From Hydrolagus affinis (taxonomy: Eukaryota), in contig JAAILG010000609.1 in assembly GCA_012026655.1 (NCBI GenBank), positions 1 to 64,000 of the forward strand: a stretch of DNA of 64,000 nucleotides. The letters are read 5' to 3'. Made by a program: the position numbers and the translations under genes. The notes beneath the pieces were generated by a model. That model made no database searches, was not told the origin of the DNA, and was given only the letters and a program-made list of their open reading frames with translations. This document shows positions 13,236 through 26,740 of this stretch, piece after piece. The first letter of the stretch is position 1. Every line of letters begins with the position of its first letter.

Positions 13236-13715
13236 ATTAGAGAATCAAAGAATTATACAGCACAGAAGACGATCATTTGGCCCATATTTCTCCCGCAAAT
13301 ATAGTCAATTTTCCTATTTTCCTTCCCCCCAACCACCACCCCCTCCACCCCCTCCCCGCTGCTCTGGTGCCAACCTTGGGATGTTGTTGTATTCTGTGAA
13401 GCGTTTTGAGACGTCGATAAGATGTGGAAAGCGCTATATAAATGTAAGGATTATTATTATTATTATCATGTCTGTGCTGATTCTATGAAAAGAGCTGTCC
13501 AATTCAATCCCACTCCCCTGCTCTCTCCCTATAGCTCTTCAAACCTATCCTCCCCAAATAATTATCTAACTGTCTCTTAAAAGTTGTTATCGAATTGGCT
13601 TCCACCACCCGTTCAGGTAATGTATTCCAGATCCAAACAACTCGCGGAGTGAAAAAATGTCTCCTCACCTCCCCTCTGTTGCTTTTAACAACTATTTGAA
13701 ATCGGTGTCCTCAGG
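13236..13715 (-). mobile_element. CR1-type 3' end interrupted by a SINE tail fragment (13288-13467, +)
   Basis: The two flanks rejoin to match the uninterrupted copy at ~14383-14500. Confidence 0.65.
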
Positions 13716-14924
13716 ACTGTGTAAAATCAGCAAATTTAGTTGTGCATCTCATTTTCACTTGTACTGTACACGATTAACTGTTGGGATTAACCAGCAAAAA
13801 TGAGTTGACAGAACAGACTAACTTTGTGTAGTAACAATGATCGGAAGGTGGACAATCACATTTCATTATGTCAATATCGGTGAGATTTGAACCAGGTCCC
13901 ACAGCAAAAATTACAGTATCCAATTAGGATTTCCCTTTATAAATATGGAATGAAAGATTGCAATTTATTAGCAGTTGGTGAATAATGGATAGCAACCTGG
14001 TGGATGCTACATATTTTGATCAACAATCTGATAAGATGAAGTGCTTTGAGACGTATCATTGATGCAGTAAGGTGCTGTATGTAATGCAAGGATTATTTCT
14101 ATTATTATCATCCGTAACATTTGGAGTGAGTGGACTTCTTAGGATAAAACATGCAGTGATATATTGGATCATAAATTAGCTAAATATCTTGTAAAGAAAT
14201 GTAGGGTGGTTGTTGATACTAACAGTTCTAATTGGACTGCTTCCAGGGATCAGCTCTTTAACCGTTGATGTTTATGATATTGAGAAATAATCTTGATAAA
14301 TCTATTAAAATTAGAATGTTTTATTTGTAGATCGTGGTGAGTTGTGTGGGAAAGTAGTATATTTGGAGGAAAGAGACGCATTTCATAGAATCGTAGAATT
14401 ATGCGGCACAGAAGGAGGCCATTCAGCCCATCATGTCTGTGCTGGCTCTTTGGAAAAAAGCTATCCAAATCAATCCCACTCCCTTCCCAAAGCCCTGCAA
14501 ACGCACAGTATCTAATTGGAATTTCTCTTATATAAACATGAAATGAAAGTTAGCAATTTATTAGCAATTGGTTAACGATGGACAGCAATCTGGTGGCTGG
14601 CATATATTGCGATCATCAACAAATATCTAACAGGATGAAGCACTTTGAGACTATTTGGAGGATTGTTGGCAATCCCAGCACACCTCCAGCACTGCTTCAG
14701 ATGTCGGCTTAGACTCTGCAATTCCAAGTCCTGAGGTAGAACTTAAACCCCCAACCTTCTGACTCGCACCACTGAGCCTGGCTGACACAATGTTACCTAA
14801 TGCCATTAGCTCTGCTGAATTATTCAAAAGAAAATTGGGCAAGTTGCTGATTCAGCAAAAGAGTTGGCAATATGAATTTCGGGTAGGAAAGTATGGAAAT
14901 GCATACATTGGGTCCCAAAACATA

Positions 14925-15252
14925 ATAATAATATATTAATAATAATAAAATAATAATCCTTGAATTTGATACAGGGCTTTTCGTGTCTTTGAAGCATCTC
15001 AAAGCGCTTCACAGAATTTACTATAAAGTGAATTGACTGTATATTTTTGTGGGTGAAACATGGCAGCCAATTGCACACAGCAGTGTCCCCACAAACAGTC
15101 ATCGATTGATTGACCAAATTTTTTTTTCTTGAGGGATAATTATCAAGCATGAGGAGTAAGGAAACTTCGCCTAGGTTTCGCCCTAACCCGCCGGGAATCA
15201 AACCCAAGTCTCTCGCTTATAAGGCGAGTGCTCTAACCACTGAGAACTCCAC
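14925..15252 (-). mobile_element. Full-length SINE
   Basis: Tail, core and tRNA head (GGCGAGTGCTCTAACCACTGAG) on the reverse strand. Confidence 0.88.
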
Positions 15253-16248
15253 AGAACCCAGTTGCTTGAATTCACATTTCTTATCTGTTCATTCTTATGT
15301 TCTCCATTCCGAGACGATACCCCATGTGAAGGATGCTGTATCAATGAAAGCTGCCGTTGTTCTTAACAGCTGTATCACCAGTGATGAATTTATACCTTAG
15401 GTTCAGAGGTGAAAATAGAACCACTAATCCCCCTGCAATCTCCTATTCACCTAACAGAGAGGGTGAGAGGCAAATCTCTGCCTGTTTTAGGGTAGAGCTA
15501 AATATTGTTCCTGGAATTGAAAGCAGAATATTCTAACAAACTGTATTCCAAAAATGACTGCTTATACATTTGCACAGGATATTTTACTGCTTATCACATG
15601 GTGGGGGTGGGTTGGGAGCAGGGAATACTCTGCCCTACGTATCACGACATTAAGTCAAAGCTATCCATGGCAAGATGAAACATTTGATATTTACATCACA
15701 ATCCTTTTCTGTAAAGGAACTCTGAGGCAAATTCCAATTCCAGCAGAATTGAAAGAATTACAAATTGTTGGTTTCCACAAACCCTTTAACAGCTGGCCGT
15801 TGCTTTGTCTTTTTAAGTGAGATTTTAGAACAAGTTACTGGCAAGTGTACGTAAAATTAAAGTCTAGGACGCGGGGTAAATAACTGGTCAGCGCTGCACA
15901 AAGAACAGCTGCCGAGTGTCATATGAAGGAATGTCTTGTGAATGTCACAAGAAGCAATAAATTTTGGAAAGTTTAGAGTCATTCCCAGAGTAACCTGAAT
16001 TTCTCCAAACCATCATTAATGGACCTGGCACATAACTGACAATATTTAAAGCTACATTGTCATTGGGACTTTTTTAAAAGGGGAAACAGAACCTGAATGT
16101 GTAAATAATAGGCTAACTTAGGACTCATCTTAAATGATGACGACAACCAAATCCAATGAGAATTCCATAATAATGATCAGCTTAAGACTGTGTCAAACAG
16201 ACCCAGGGCAATAGACAAGACTCAGATCAAATATAAGAAGAAGAAGAA

Positions 16249-16565
16249 GAATCCTTGCATTTGATATAGCGCTTTTCACTTTATATCGGTGTCTCAAAGC
16301 GCTTCATAGAATATACTGAAAAGTGAATTGACTGTATATTTGTAGGTGAAACGCGGCAGCCAATTGCGCACAGTAGTGTCCCCACAAACAATCATGGATT
16401 GAAAATGACCAATTTTTTTATGAATGTGTTTTTTTTTATGGATTATTATTATGCGTGTGGAGTAAGGAAACTTGCCCAAGATTTCGCCCTGACCTGCCTG
16501 GATTCAACACAGGTCATACACTTGCAAGGCGAGTGCTCTAACCACTGACCTACAGGAGCTCCACA
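16249..16565 (-). mobile_element. Full-length SINE
   Basis: Complete head, core and tail; the tail abuts (AAG)n rather than (AAT)n. Confidence 0.9.
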
Positions 16566-17274
16566 AATACTCCACCGAATATCGTTGGTTATTGTTTTTT
16601 GTAGCTTCTTTTTCCCATGTGCTTTATTAAGCCACTCTTCTTAATACGTAGTATGTTATTTAAGGAAATCTATCCTGTTGGTGCAGAATGATGGGAATCT
16701 GTATTATCAGTGGAAATGGAAACTGCAGAGATAAGCTTTCTTTGGAAACTAAATCATAATATTACAAATGTGACCTTACCAATGATCTACGTCTGTTTAA
16801 AATATCATGGTCAACTTATGCCCTCAAGATGCATCCCAGAACCTGATTAGTAGCTGCAGTATGTGTCTTAAAAGTCATAAATCCACAAATCCAGTGACTT
16901 TTTGGGTTAATTTTTAGATACATCACAGACACCCAATTGGCCACTCTTACTCTCACGCCATGAAAAGTAGCTGTGCCTGACTGGATAACTGCACTTCTGT
17001 ATTTTCAGTCAGGAGGTTGTTTTCTCCAGCGGTAGCCCCCAGTCCTGGTACGCACTTTGTTTGTGAACATGGGATTTGAACCAAGGAGAGTTATATAAAA
17101 AAAAGAAAAAAAAAGAGGCTTCAAAGGAGACAGGAAGGGTGAAAGAAGACTAGAGATGAGTAGACAAAGAGAGAGAAACAGGCTAAAAATGATACGATGC
17201 TGAACTAAGGGAAAATAATTTTGTGTTTTAACCTTTTATACAGAATATTTATATTTTCCACTTCAGCTTCGCTC

Positions 17275-17480
17275 TACAGAAGCCCAGTTAATCCAGATCT
17301 CTGTAACCCAAGGCCTCCGACACACAGCTCTACAGACTTACTGAACCCCACCTTTGCTCAAGCTCCATTGGCTCTCCGTTGCCTCTGATTGTACCTCAGA
17401 GGAGTGAGTTGAAGATACTTGTGTGACTCTTCAGTTTCCTTCACAATCTCATCTCACACTACCTTGGCAATCTCTTCCTT
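17275..17480 (+). mobile_element. Old L2 ORF2 C-terminal fragment
   Basis: CTCCATTGGCTCTCCGTT (LHWLxV motif) followed by KILV..FLHNL..YLGNL-like coding remnants. Confidence 0.55.
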
Positions 17481-18722
17481 CAACCATTGTTTTGAATCTT
17501 CTGCATCTAGTGTAGTTCTGTACTTTGTGGGCAAATATATGCTTGACAGATATGATCCTAATATCATGCCCAATTTTATTTGTTAAAACAATTTCAGCAG
17601 TTTCACAAAAAAGGGGGAATTTAAAGCTGAGAACTTTGTTTGGAATTAATCACTTCCTTTCCTGACCTTACATTCAACCATGAACCCTAAAATCCATTGT
17701 ACTGAATAACCCCAAATGTCCATTATCGATGTAAAAATACCTTCTAGACCCACTTTTCTTTGGAATGTCTTTGATGTTTCAACTTCTCCTCCCTATTTTG
17801 GTATCCTGTTTAAGCCCCTTTGGTGGATTTAAGACATAAAAGCTAAGGATTACGGTAGCTTTCCAATTCTCTCGGCTATACTTCTAATTGATGGTCAGAT
17901 TGCAAAATACTTTCACTTGTAAGAAATAGGACTACCTCAATGAGCTCGGTTTAGAAACAGCTATTGTCAAAAAAACACCTGAAAGTTTGTACGTCCAGTA
18001 AGAAACCATTAGCTTCATGTTGAAACCAGAATACATAAAGCACTCTGAAGTTTCTTTTTTCTTTATTACTGTTTAATTGTTCTTGGAAGAGGATAGACCA
18101 AAGGATATTAATGACGTTACATCGCAAGATGTTGAGTTTGTCCCTCCAAAGATGCTCTTGTTTAACTAAGACAAATGATTAATTTAAAAATTAATTTTGA
18201 AGACTTTCCTTTGTCATTCTCCTTCATCCTATGTGTATGTATGTATATTATATGTATCTGCGTCCAATCCAGTTTTGTGTAAAGGTATAAGCATTACTGT
18301 TGGATAAGATTGTTCACATCTCCTGTGTATACGTATGTTTGTATTAGATATTAAACAAGCATTTAATGTTATTCCAAGTTCAAGTTCTCTTCAGTAGGAC
18401 CCAGGATTGTTTCCATTCTAGCAGAGTCACTTTAAAGTTGATGAGCCATGAAAACAGGAGAAGTTCTCACTGACACACTAAATGGTTTGAACTAACTTCA
18501 ATAAGATTTATAGGTATTCCCCCCTGAATACAAATCTGCTGTTTTATTTTTATACTAACCCTACTAAATGTCATGTATACACCACAAACCAATGGAAAAA
18601 CTTGAATGGACGTATAAAAATATTAAAATAACAGTTGTCCACCAGTACAGCTTAAACAAGGAAAAGTTTGGCACTTGCTCAGCCTGAAAGTGAGTCAAAT
18701 TGTTGGCATTCATGCAATACAT

Positions 18723-19232
18723 TGGAGTCCTCCAGCTCAGTGGATGGAGCACTCACCTTGGAAGCGAGAGACCTGGGTTCAATTTCTGGGAAGGGCAAAA
18801 CGTTGGGCAAGTTTTCTTACTCCACATCTCTGTTTACCCAGCGGTAAGTGGGATTCAAGTTGTTTGAAGATTGGCGGATTGCTTTTCCGGGGTTAATAAT
18901 TCAGTCAAAACATAAAATAAATTGGTCACTTCAATCCACATCTGTTTGTAGGACACTGCTGCGCCTAATCGGCTGCCATGTTTCATCCATAAAATATACA
19001 TTCAATTCACTTTACAGTAGAATCTATGAAGTGTTTTGAGACGCCTCAAAGACATCATAAGGCTCTCTACCAAAAAAAGATTATTAGAGAGATCTAAGTC
19101 CATTCTTAGACGAGTCCATTTTGCCCACAAATATATAGTCAATTCACTTTACAGTATATTCTGTGAAGCACTTTGAGACGTCGATAAGATGTGAAAAGCG
19201 CTATATCAAATGCAAGGATTATTATTATTATT
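18723..19232 (+). mobile_element. Diverged full SINE followed by a younger 3' SINE fragment (19119-19232)
   Basis: Head GGAGTCCTCCAGCTCAGTGG..GGTTCAATT, one core and two tails. Confidence 0.8.
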
Positions 19233-19924
19233 TATTATTCTAGTCACTCCTCATAAGCAAGTGGATCTTGTTGTGTCAGGAGACAGCAGGGACTTAGAAA
19301 ACACTGGCACGTTGCCGATGGAAATCAGAAATGTTTACGGATAAATAGCAGCCTTTATAAATATTTTCAGAACTGATATGCAGATGGACATTTTGATACT
19401 TACTGGTTTTGCTTCTTTGCTGACTGAACCTCTGGGAACCAAAAATGTTGATCCAAACACAGAATAGTTGCTATTTGTTTGGAGGCCCAGCACACACAAT
19501 GTGATCAGTCTGTCACTCGGCCGGTATCTCGGTGTAGTTTAGAAACCTGAACAGGTTTAGGTACTATTTTTGTTCAGGCTCGTTGTTCTGCTTGATTAAG
19601 TGTCTGCGGTCCACAGATTAGCTAATTGATCTATTTTTTTAGCTGAATCTGTGCAGAGTAGTATTGGATGCTATTAATGCTGGGGATAGGCTAAGATACA
19701 ATTATGTGGAGGGGGGAAGGGGAAACATAATAAATGTAACTCGTCAGCAAATGATGGAGTATTGTAAATGGAAAGTATTACTTTATATGCTTGGCAGAGA
19801 GAAAATGTGGCAAAGAGTGAGTTTTTGTCAGTGTGACACTGATTTTGGAAGTTAACCCATTTGTTGTTTTAGTTGAGTAAGTATTCAGATGAATTATTAG
19901 GATATATGTTAGGGTATATGATAT

Positions 19925-20262
19925 ATGTTGAGACTTTGAGCTCAAGGCTGACACGCCAGTGCAATGATGGAGGAATACTTCAGGTGAACTGTTCAACCAA
20001 AGTCGTGTCTAGTTTGTTTGGGTTGAAGTCAGAGATCCGATGACACTGTTTGAAAAGTGAAGGGATTTTCCCTCCCAGTGTCCTGGCCAGCAACTCCTCA
20101 GATAAAATTGGTCATTCACTCTATTGTTATTGGCAAATTGGCGGCCAAGTTTGCCAATAAATACACAGTTACTACACGTAGCAATAAATCCCATGAATCA
20201 CTTTGAAATGTCGTGTTATAATGTACGCTTTGAAAATGTGGTATGATAATGTGCAAGGATTA
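19925..20262 (+). mobile_element. Older Deu-domain SINE remnant (related copies ~4320-4525, 41995-42230, 44510-44900, 52860-53060)
   Basis: AGGCTGACAC.CCAGTGCA..GAGG, CAGTGTCCTGGCCA, TTGGTCATT and CAAATTGGC segments characteristic of DeuSINEs. Confidence 0.6.
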
Positions 20263-21010
20263 TTCATTTGAACCCAGGTTCCTGTTCCATGGCTAGTGTA
20301 CAGCTTTCGGACACAAAACGTAGTAGCTATGTACATTCTTGATATCCATGGCAGACCAGCATAATGGAAATTTATCAAAAGAAATTTCAGACTTGTACAT
20401 TAGAAATTCCAGATGACACTGGATCTTTCAAAATGTTCATTCAGAAAGCGTATTCTAAAGATGGCAATCGAAGCAATCAAACAAGAGAGCTAGTGTCTCC
20501 GAGGACAAATTAATTGATGTAGTATTCTGACAGGCATTGAAATAAGCCAACAGCTAATTTCCATGTTCTAACTTGGGATTGTTAATACATTGTTAATGCT
20601 ATCTGGAGTGCATTTTTCAGGCCAAAAGATAGGATAGATATGAAGCATGGTTGAAATGATCTCATTAAATCACATTTTGTGGTGTTTATTGGGATTGAGT
20701 AATGTATTCCCATCTTTCTGGTACAGTGTTCTCTTCAGAATATCACAATGCATTCAAGTAGGGCTCCCAACAATAGAGAAATATCTTAGTAAGTGGATGG
20801 TTTATGTGGTAACCAGTGTCATAGTATATAATGTGTATTAGTCATATAGCCAGAGGGCAAAGCCAGCACAAAGAATATGTCAAAGGTATCAACGGAACAG
20901 GCCGTTGGTTTTCATGCAAATGTACCCATCTGATCCTAGTCAGATCGAGGTGATATATTTATTCCGAATTAAGTTATCCCGAAAGTGAATGAAGTACATT
21001 TTCATTGTGG

Positions 21011-21305
21011 TGGAATCCTGTAGCTCAGTGCAAGCGAGAGACCCGGGTTCGACTCCCGGCAGGGCGAAACTTTAGGCAAGTTTCCTTACTTCACGTGCCT
21101 AATAATAATCCCTCAAAAAAAATGATAATAATTTGGTCAATCAATCCACAACTGTTTGTGGGACACTGCTGTGCACAATTGGCTGCCGCGTTTTGCCCAC
21201 AAATATACAGTCATTTCACTTTACAGTATATTCTGTGAAGCGCTTTGAGACGTCTAGAAGACATGAAAAACGCTATATCAAATGCAAGGATTATTATTGT
21301 TATTA
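21011..21305 (+). mobile_element. Near full-length SINE with an internal deletion in the head
   Basis: Head, core and (ATT)n tail. Confidence 0.88.
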
Positions 21306-22349
21306 ACATAGAGCTTTTCTTTAGGGTGGAGAGATAAAAGGTTGGCGAAACATAATGAATATTACTTTTATTTTATAAGTTTTTTTGTATTTCTTAATTT
21401 TGTGGAAGCTGGAAAGTAAATTTCCATAAGGCGTCCCTCTGTACCTCAAATGTTATAAAGTCGAGAAGGCATATAATAATGAATAATGATAGTAATAATA
21501 AATAATGTTTTCAGTTGATAATAGCGACTTTCATATCATCGAGACAATGTTGTAAAACTATTTTGAAATTTTTCATTGAGACCGCTATCAAAGTATTAAT
21601 GGAAACAGTCATGCAGGGTATACTTTTGGAGTCCAAATAGATGTCATTCAATAATTTACTTAAAACAAAAAAAAACACACTAAAATGTCATGTTGGCCAT
21701 ACTTTGAAATACAGCAGCGGTAATTTAAAGTGGAAACCATTGGACGACTGAGGACATTGTGTTTGTATCAAGAATTCTTTTGGAAATATATTGCTTTGAT
21801 CAGGAATTCTGTACAATGTGGATTAATTCTGCCTAAAGCCAATGATCTTGCAGATAAATCGATCATTCACTACATGTGGACCTTGCTGGCTCAGACAGCT
21901 GCCAAGGTTGCTCTACAAAAATGATCGCTACACTTCGCAGTAAATACCTATGAAGTGATAAGGCACTATAAATTAAAGTTCCTTTCTAAAATAGATATTG
22001 CACACTGTACATCTGAAAGTTTAAGTATGTAGAGTGTCACTTAGCTTCATTACATATAAAGAAGTCGAGCAACCCCCTCCCCCTTCCCCCCCCCCACGCA
22101 CACACACACTCAAACATTCACACGTAGACAACTGAGGTATCTTATTACCTAAATCCATCAAAAGGCCAACTTTAGTGATCAGATACAAGCTCACGACAGG
22201 CAACTCTCTGTTAAATTGCTCCAACTAAATATAGATGATATAAGTGCTTCAAAATCTCCAGTGGTTATCATATAAATATTTTGTCTTTAATGGTAACCCT
22301 ATAGGCATTAAGGCTTTGGGGAATGGAGAGGGGGTAGTTAATGGTAAAT

Positions 22350-22472
22350 AAATGGCTGCTGCGTTTTGCCCACAAATATACAGTCAATTCACTTTACAGT
22401 ATATTCTGTGAAGCGATTCGAGACGTCTGGAAGATGTGAAAGCGCTATATCAGATGCAAGGATTATTATTAT
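22350..22472 (+). mobile_element. SINE 3' fragment inside a CR1-like remnant
   Basis: Core end plus tail; the right flank GAACAGGCTCGATGGGCTGAATGG is CR1 3' UTR-like. Confidence 0.8.
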
Positions 22473-24599
22473 CAAAAACTAGTAGAACAGGCTCGATGGG
22501 CTGAATGGGCTTCTGTTCCACTTCTATTTTTCTCATGAAACGTGGGTCTCCTTAAAAATATATTGTTACTTCAATTTCAGGACCTTTTCACAATCTAGAC
22601 AAAGCTGCGGAATCTACCGTTATAGTTTCACCCCCAAGTCCCCTCCTCCCTCCGCCTCACTGAAAGCTAACACAAGAGATGCCACCGAAACTCCAGATCG
22701 AATTGTCCTCTGTTAAAGAGTTTGTTCAATTACCTGTCCTTGTGGCACCCAGTGTTCTTTTAAACGATTAAATGTTACTGACTTGATGAGAAATGGTCAA
22801 CTGGCTTGGCTTGTACCAGGTCAAATGTACGTTATAACCTGAACTAACCCGCCCGCTTCCAAAAAAAAAATTGTCTGGGTCGAAGAGAAGAAGAACCAAC
22901 TCTATTTCAACAAGTTAATAATAAAATATTGTCTGCCCGAGGGGAAATCTCATGTTCCCTGCCACCAATATTTATTCCCTTGATCTCCTGAGAGTTTCTG
23001 TTCTTAGCTTCAAGTGACTCTTAGATAGTGCCCTGGGTATGAAAATAAGGCCAAGCATAAAAAGAATTCTCCCTTGAGAGCCGTTGATATGTGGAGCAGA
23101 TTCTCGCAGTGAAAGCAGGTGATGGTTTGTTCAGCAGCCCCTTCAAAATGGAGCTGAGTAAATATTTGATTAGATATAGAAATAAACCCGCTGAGGTTAT
23201 GTGCATTAAATTTATTTGTATCAAATCTCGCTGTGTTTCTTCCATCTAAACAATCTTATAGGCTCTCCAAGACTCTGTCCTGTAGGAAGGGCAATAACTA
23301 AACAGTATTTACTGTTTATCAGAACTTATTTGATGGCTAATGTTTTCCTAAAAAGATTCAGAAAACGTTTCTTCTCACAAAGAATTTAGAACGCACTGCA
23401 TCCAAAGGCCATAGATGCAGGTATCAATTGGGAAGTTTCAAAGGGAAATATGTCGGGATCTATGTCGTTTTGCCCGCAAAATATAGTCAACTTACTTTGC
23501 AGCATATTCTGTAAAGGGCTTTGAGACGTCTCGAAGACGTGATAAGGCGCTATATCAAATGTAAGGATTATTATGTTTATACGTGGGAAGTGAGAGTAAC
23601 AAAATTGTACACAACAAAATTACATTTGTACAGCGCCTTTCACATCGGATGAATGTCCCAAGGCGCCAGACAGTCAGTGTTAAGGTACACATCTGTATAA
23701 GGTCTCCTCGGAATCATTTTTCTCAAGACTGAATACGTTTGATTTCTTTCAACGTACTCAGAGGGAGAATCTTATCAACGTCTCCTAAAAATCTAAATAC
23801 ATAGCTGTATAATTTTCTCCATTAGGCTGGTTACCAGTGTAAATAATTACACATTTGTTTCTATCTCTTGCTTAGTTCTATTGCTTGGTTCTGTGCTTCT
23901 CAGGTGGGCATCCGCTATATCCTGAAAACATTTATAAGAATTTTCCCCACAACCGTTGGGAGAATAATTGCTGTATAATTCATTGTCTCTCATCTGGCTG
24001 CTTTACAGTGCTTTCATTTCTGTCGGAAACTCGAGTTCTGCATTGGATTTGTTTTGGTAAAAATGGATGTATAACTGAGGAGTTTCCAGATTGTTCAATC
24101 TGTGACTTCCTATCCAATGGGAATTATACAACATGACCCCCAAGATTCTTGCAGGAACTACTAAAACACTCAATAGAACCTCTAGTATTTTATTGCAATT
24201 TGGTTATATAAATACTAATGAAGAGATGTAGGTATACATTAGGTTAAAGGATAAGGTAAGGAATGGGGGGGAGGGCAGAGAGTTAAATAAGTAAACAAAA
24301 CAGAGAAATATAATACAGTACATCAAAATCACAAGAAAAGAAAGGAGGAAATAAACAGTGGGGACAGAAACATGAAAATAGCCATTTTTAGTATGCAAAC
24401 GCTAAACCTTCTGTCTCTATGTACGTGAGAGGTGATATAGGAAACTAGTTTCTACACTTTTTCGGCATGTTGTCCTTGCTGTCCTTGATGGACATATTGG
24501 AAACACAGGACAAAATATTAACACAAAATGGACACAGTACCAGGAAAAGTATTTGTATGGAAACACTGCGTTTCTAAACCCCGCCTCTAGATTATTCTA

Positions 24600-24900
24600 G
24601 TCATCTTTTAGTCCTCAGGTATAACCTTATATTGCTGGAGTTCCTGCAGACATTAACTGGAGCCTTACCTACTTCCTCAATGATTTCCTTGAGGTTTTCA
24701 AGGCATACACCATCTGGCCCAGGTGCCCTGTAGACATTTAAGGCTTTGAGTTGCCTCGTAACATATGTTTTACTGACCCCTACATGTGTTATAGATTCCC
24801 AAGCAAGTTTCAGTGGATCAGTGGAATCATTTGTGAAGACTGTTGTGAAGAATTAATTTAACACATCTGTCAATTCCTGATCCCCCATGATATTTCTACC
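24600..24900 (-). mobile_element. Decayed CR1 ORF2 fragment upstream of the RT core
   Basis: Reverse strand reads LNVYRAPGPDGVCLENLKEIIEEVG, resembling LINE KSPGPDGIHPRVLKE. Confidence 0.65.
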
Positions 24901-26384
24901 TAACTTATCCCATAAACGATGATCTGGTATTTAACAGTGAACCTACTTTGTACACAGTTGATACATTTATTTTGATGCTTTCAACAGTCATTTTAGTTGG
25001 ACTGGAATTATGTTGACTAACTTTCAGTTCTCATTATTTTGACTCCTGGTAACTTTGAAGGTGATTTTTAGCCATTAGATTGTTCTCAAACTCTTCATTC
25101 ATCCCCTGTTTTGGTCATTTCTTTGTTTCAAAATCCAGGGGAGCAAACACTAATGAATCTTTTGATCTAATTTTGGGTGAGATTAAAGTTTGGGTGGAAT
25201 TCTTCTCTTGACTGACCTGTCATTGTAAGCTTGGTGGTGAGATTGTTAGCAAGCGCTCTGAGACGCCGTCCAGCACGGAGGACGCTATATAAATTTAAAT
25301 TGTTGTTGTTGAAGTTGAGATGAATGCGAGTCACTATTATTACAATTCAAGCTAAATTTGAAGCAAATATATCACATTTTTTTTAAAAAAAACCTTACCT
25401 CAATTTTATCTAACTTTATTTTGACCCACTTTGATACATCTTACTCCCTTCCCTACGTGAGTTGTCCATGGCACACTTCGCAGGAATACAAAAGGCAATC
25501 CGAATATACGATAAGGTCATTAATTTGGATTAACACACGCGAGTTGAAGATGAATAAACCTCAAGTGAAATTAGAGATTAGAAAGAAATTTTTTTCCCCC
25601 CAGTGATTAATTGCTAGTCTATGTAGAATAGACTTCATTAAAAGCAGGTGTAGTTCAGCTAATATATTTTGTCAAAGTAATGTGAATAAATGTCTGGTTG
25701 AGAAAGAGATTGCGTTTTGGAATGGGCAGACGAAGACAATCAAACACAGTGTGACTAAAAGCTGGGAGATGCTACTCTATTATAATAGTTTTTGAATCTT
25801 AATTTCTTTAAGATTTAGTAGACATTGTAAAATGGTATCATGATTTTTTTGGTCACTCTGTACTTCGTGGAACAAAGGTACTAGATAAACCATTGTCTTA
25901 TTTATATTCTTGTCCTCATTGACCTTGTCAGGAATGGATATGCAACAGGTGTCAAAACTGATTCATTGATATACAGTACTGTACAGCCACTGCAAAGGGC
26001 TATGAAAAATCCCCTTTATTAATTGTGCTGCCTCAAACCTTGTATAAAATAACCAATCATTCTTAATCACAAACTTAGGTAATTTTATCCAAATAAAACT
26101 CTGACCATTGTTTTTGCTTAAAGTATTCTCATCAGTTATTTTAGTGTCGGATTGTTGGACCTCTATAAGGGTTATCAAACACTAAATTGAACCATTTCTC
26201 CTGTGAAATGTAAAGTGGCCCAGAATTGTGCAAAGTTCTTAAATTCCGTTTGAATTTGGAAGCCGGTACATTTTACAAGTTGCAGAAAAAACTTCCAAAT
26301 TAAGTCTGAATTTAGGCATCTTGCACAATTTCGTGCAATTTTAAATTTAACAACAAAATGTTCTTACAAGCCTGGCAGTATCGA

Positions 26385-26740
26385 AAACAAGGGGCGTCAT
26401 CTTAAAATGAAGAGCTAGGCCATTTAATAATAATAATAATCCTTGCATTTGATATAGCACTTTTCACATCTTATCGACGTCTCATTTAGGAGTGAAATAA
26501 TGTTTTCCACACCAAGGGTAATGGAAATCTGGAACTCTCTCCCTCCAAAAAAACTGTGGACGCTGGATCTGTAAAACAAATTTCAAGACTAAAGTGAATA
26601 GATATTTGTTAGGTAAGTGTATCAAGGGATATGGGGAAAGAGCGACAATTTGGAGTTGAGGTACAGATCAGCCATGATCTTGTAGATTGGCAGAACAGGC
26701 TCGAAGGGCTGAATGGCCAATTCCTGTTCCTATGGTCCTA
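26385..26740 (+). mobile_element. CR1 3' end carrying a ~60-bp SINE tail insertion (26427-26482, -)
   Basis: AGGGTAATGGAAATCTGGAACTCTCTCCC (ORF2 end) plus 3' UTR; CATTTA is repeated either side of the insert. Confidence 0.75.

Noticed and set aside
14925-21305. Recurring similar sequences that might suggest a CRISPR-like or regular array
   Set aside because: Irregular spacing, mixed orientation and truncation show dispersed retroposons in a eukaryotic genome.
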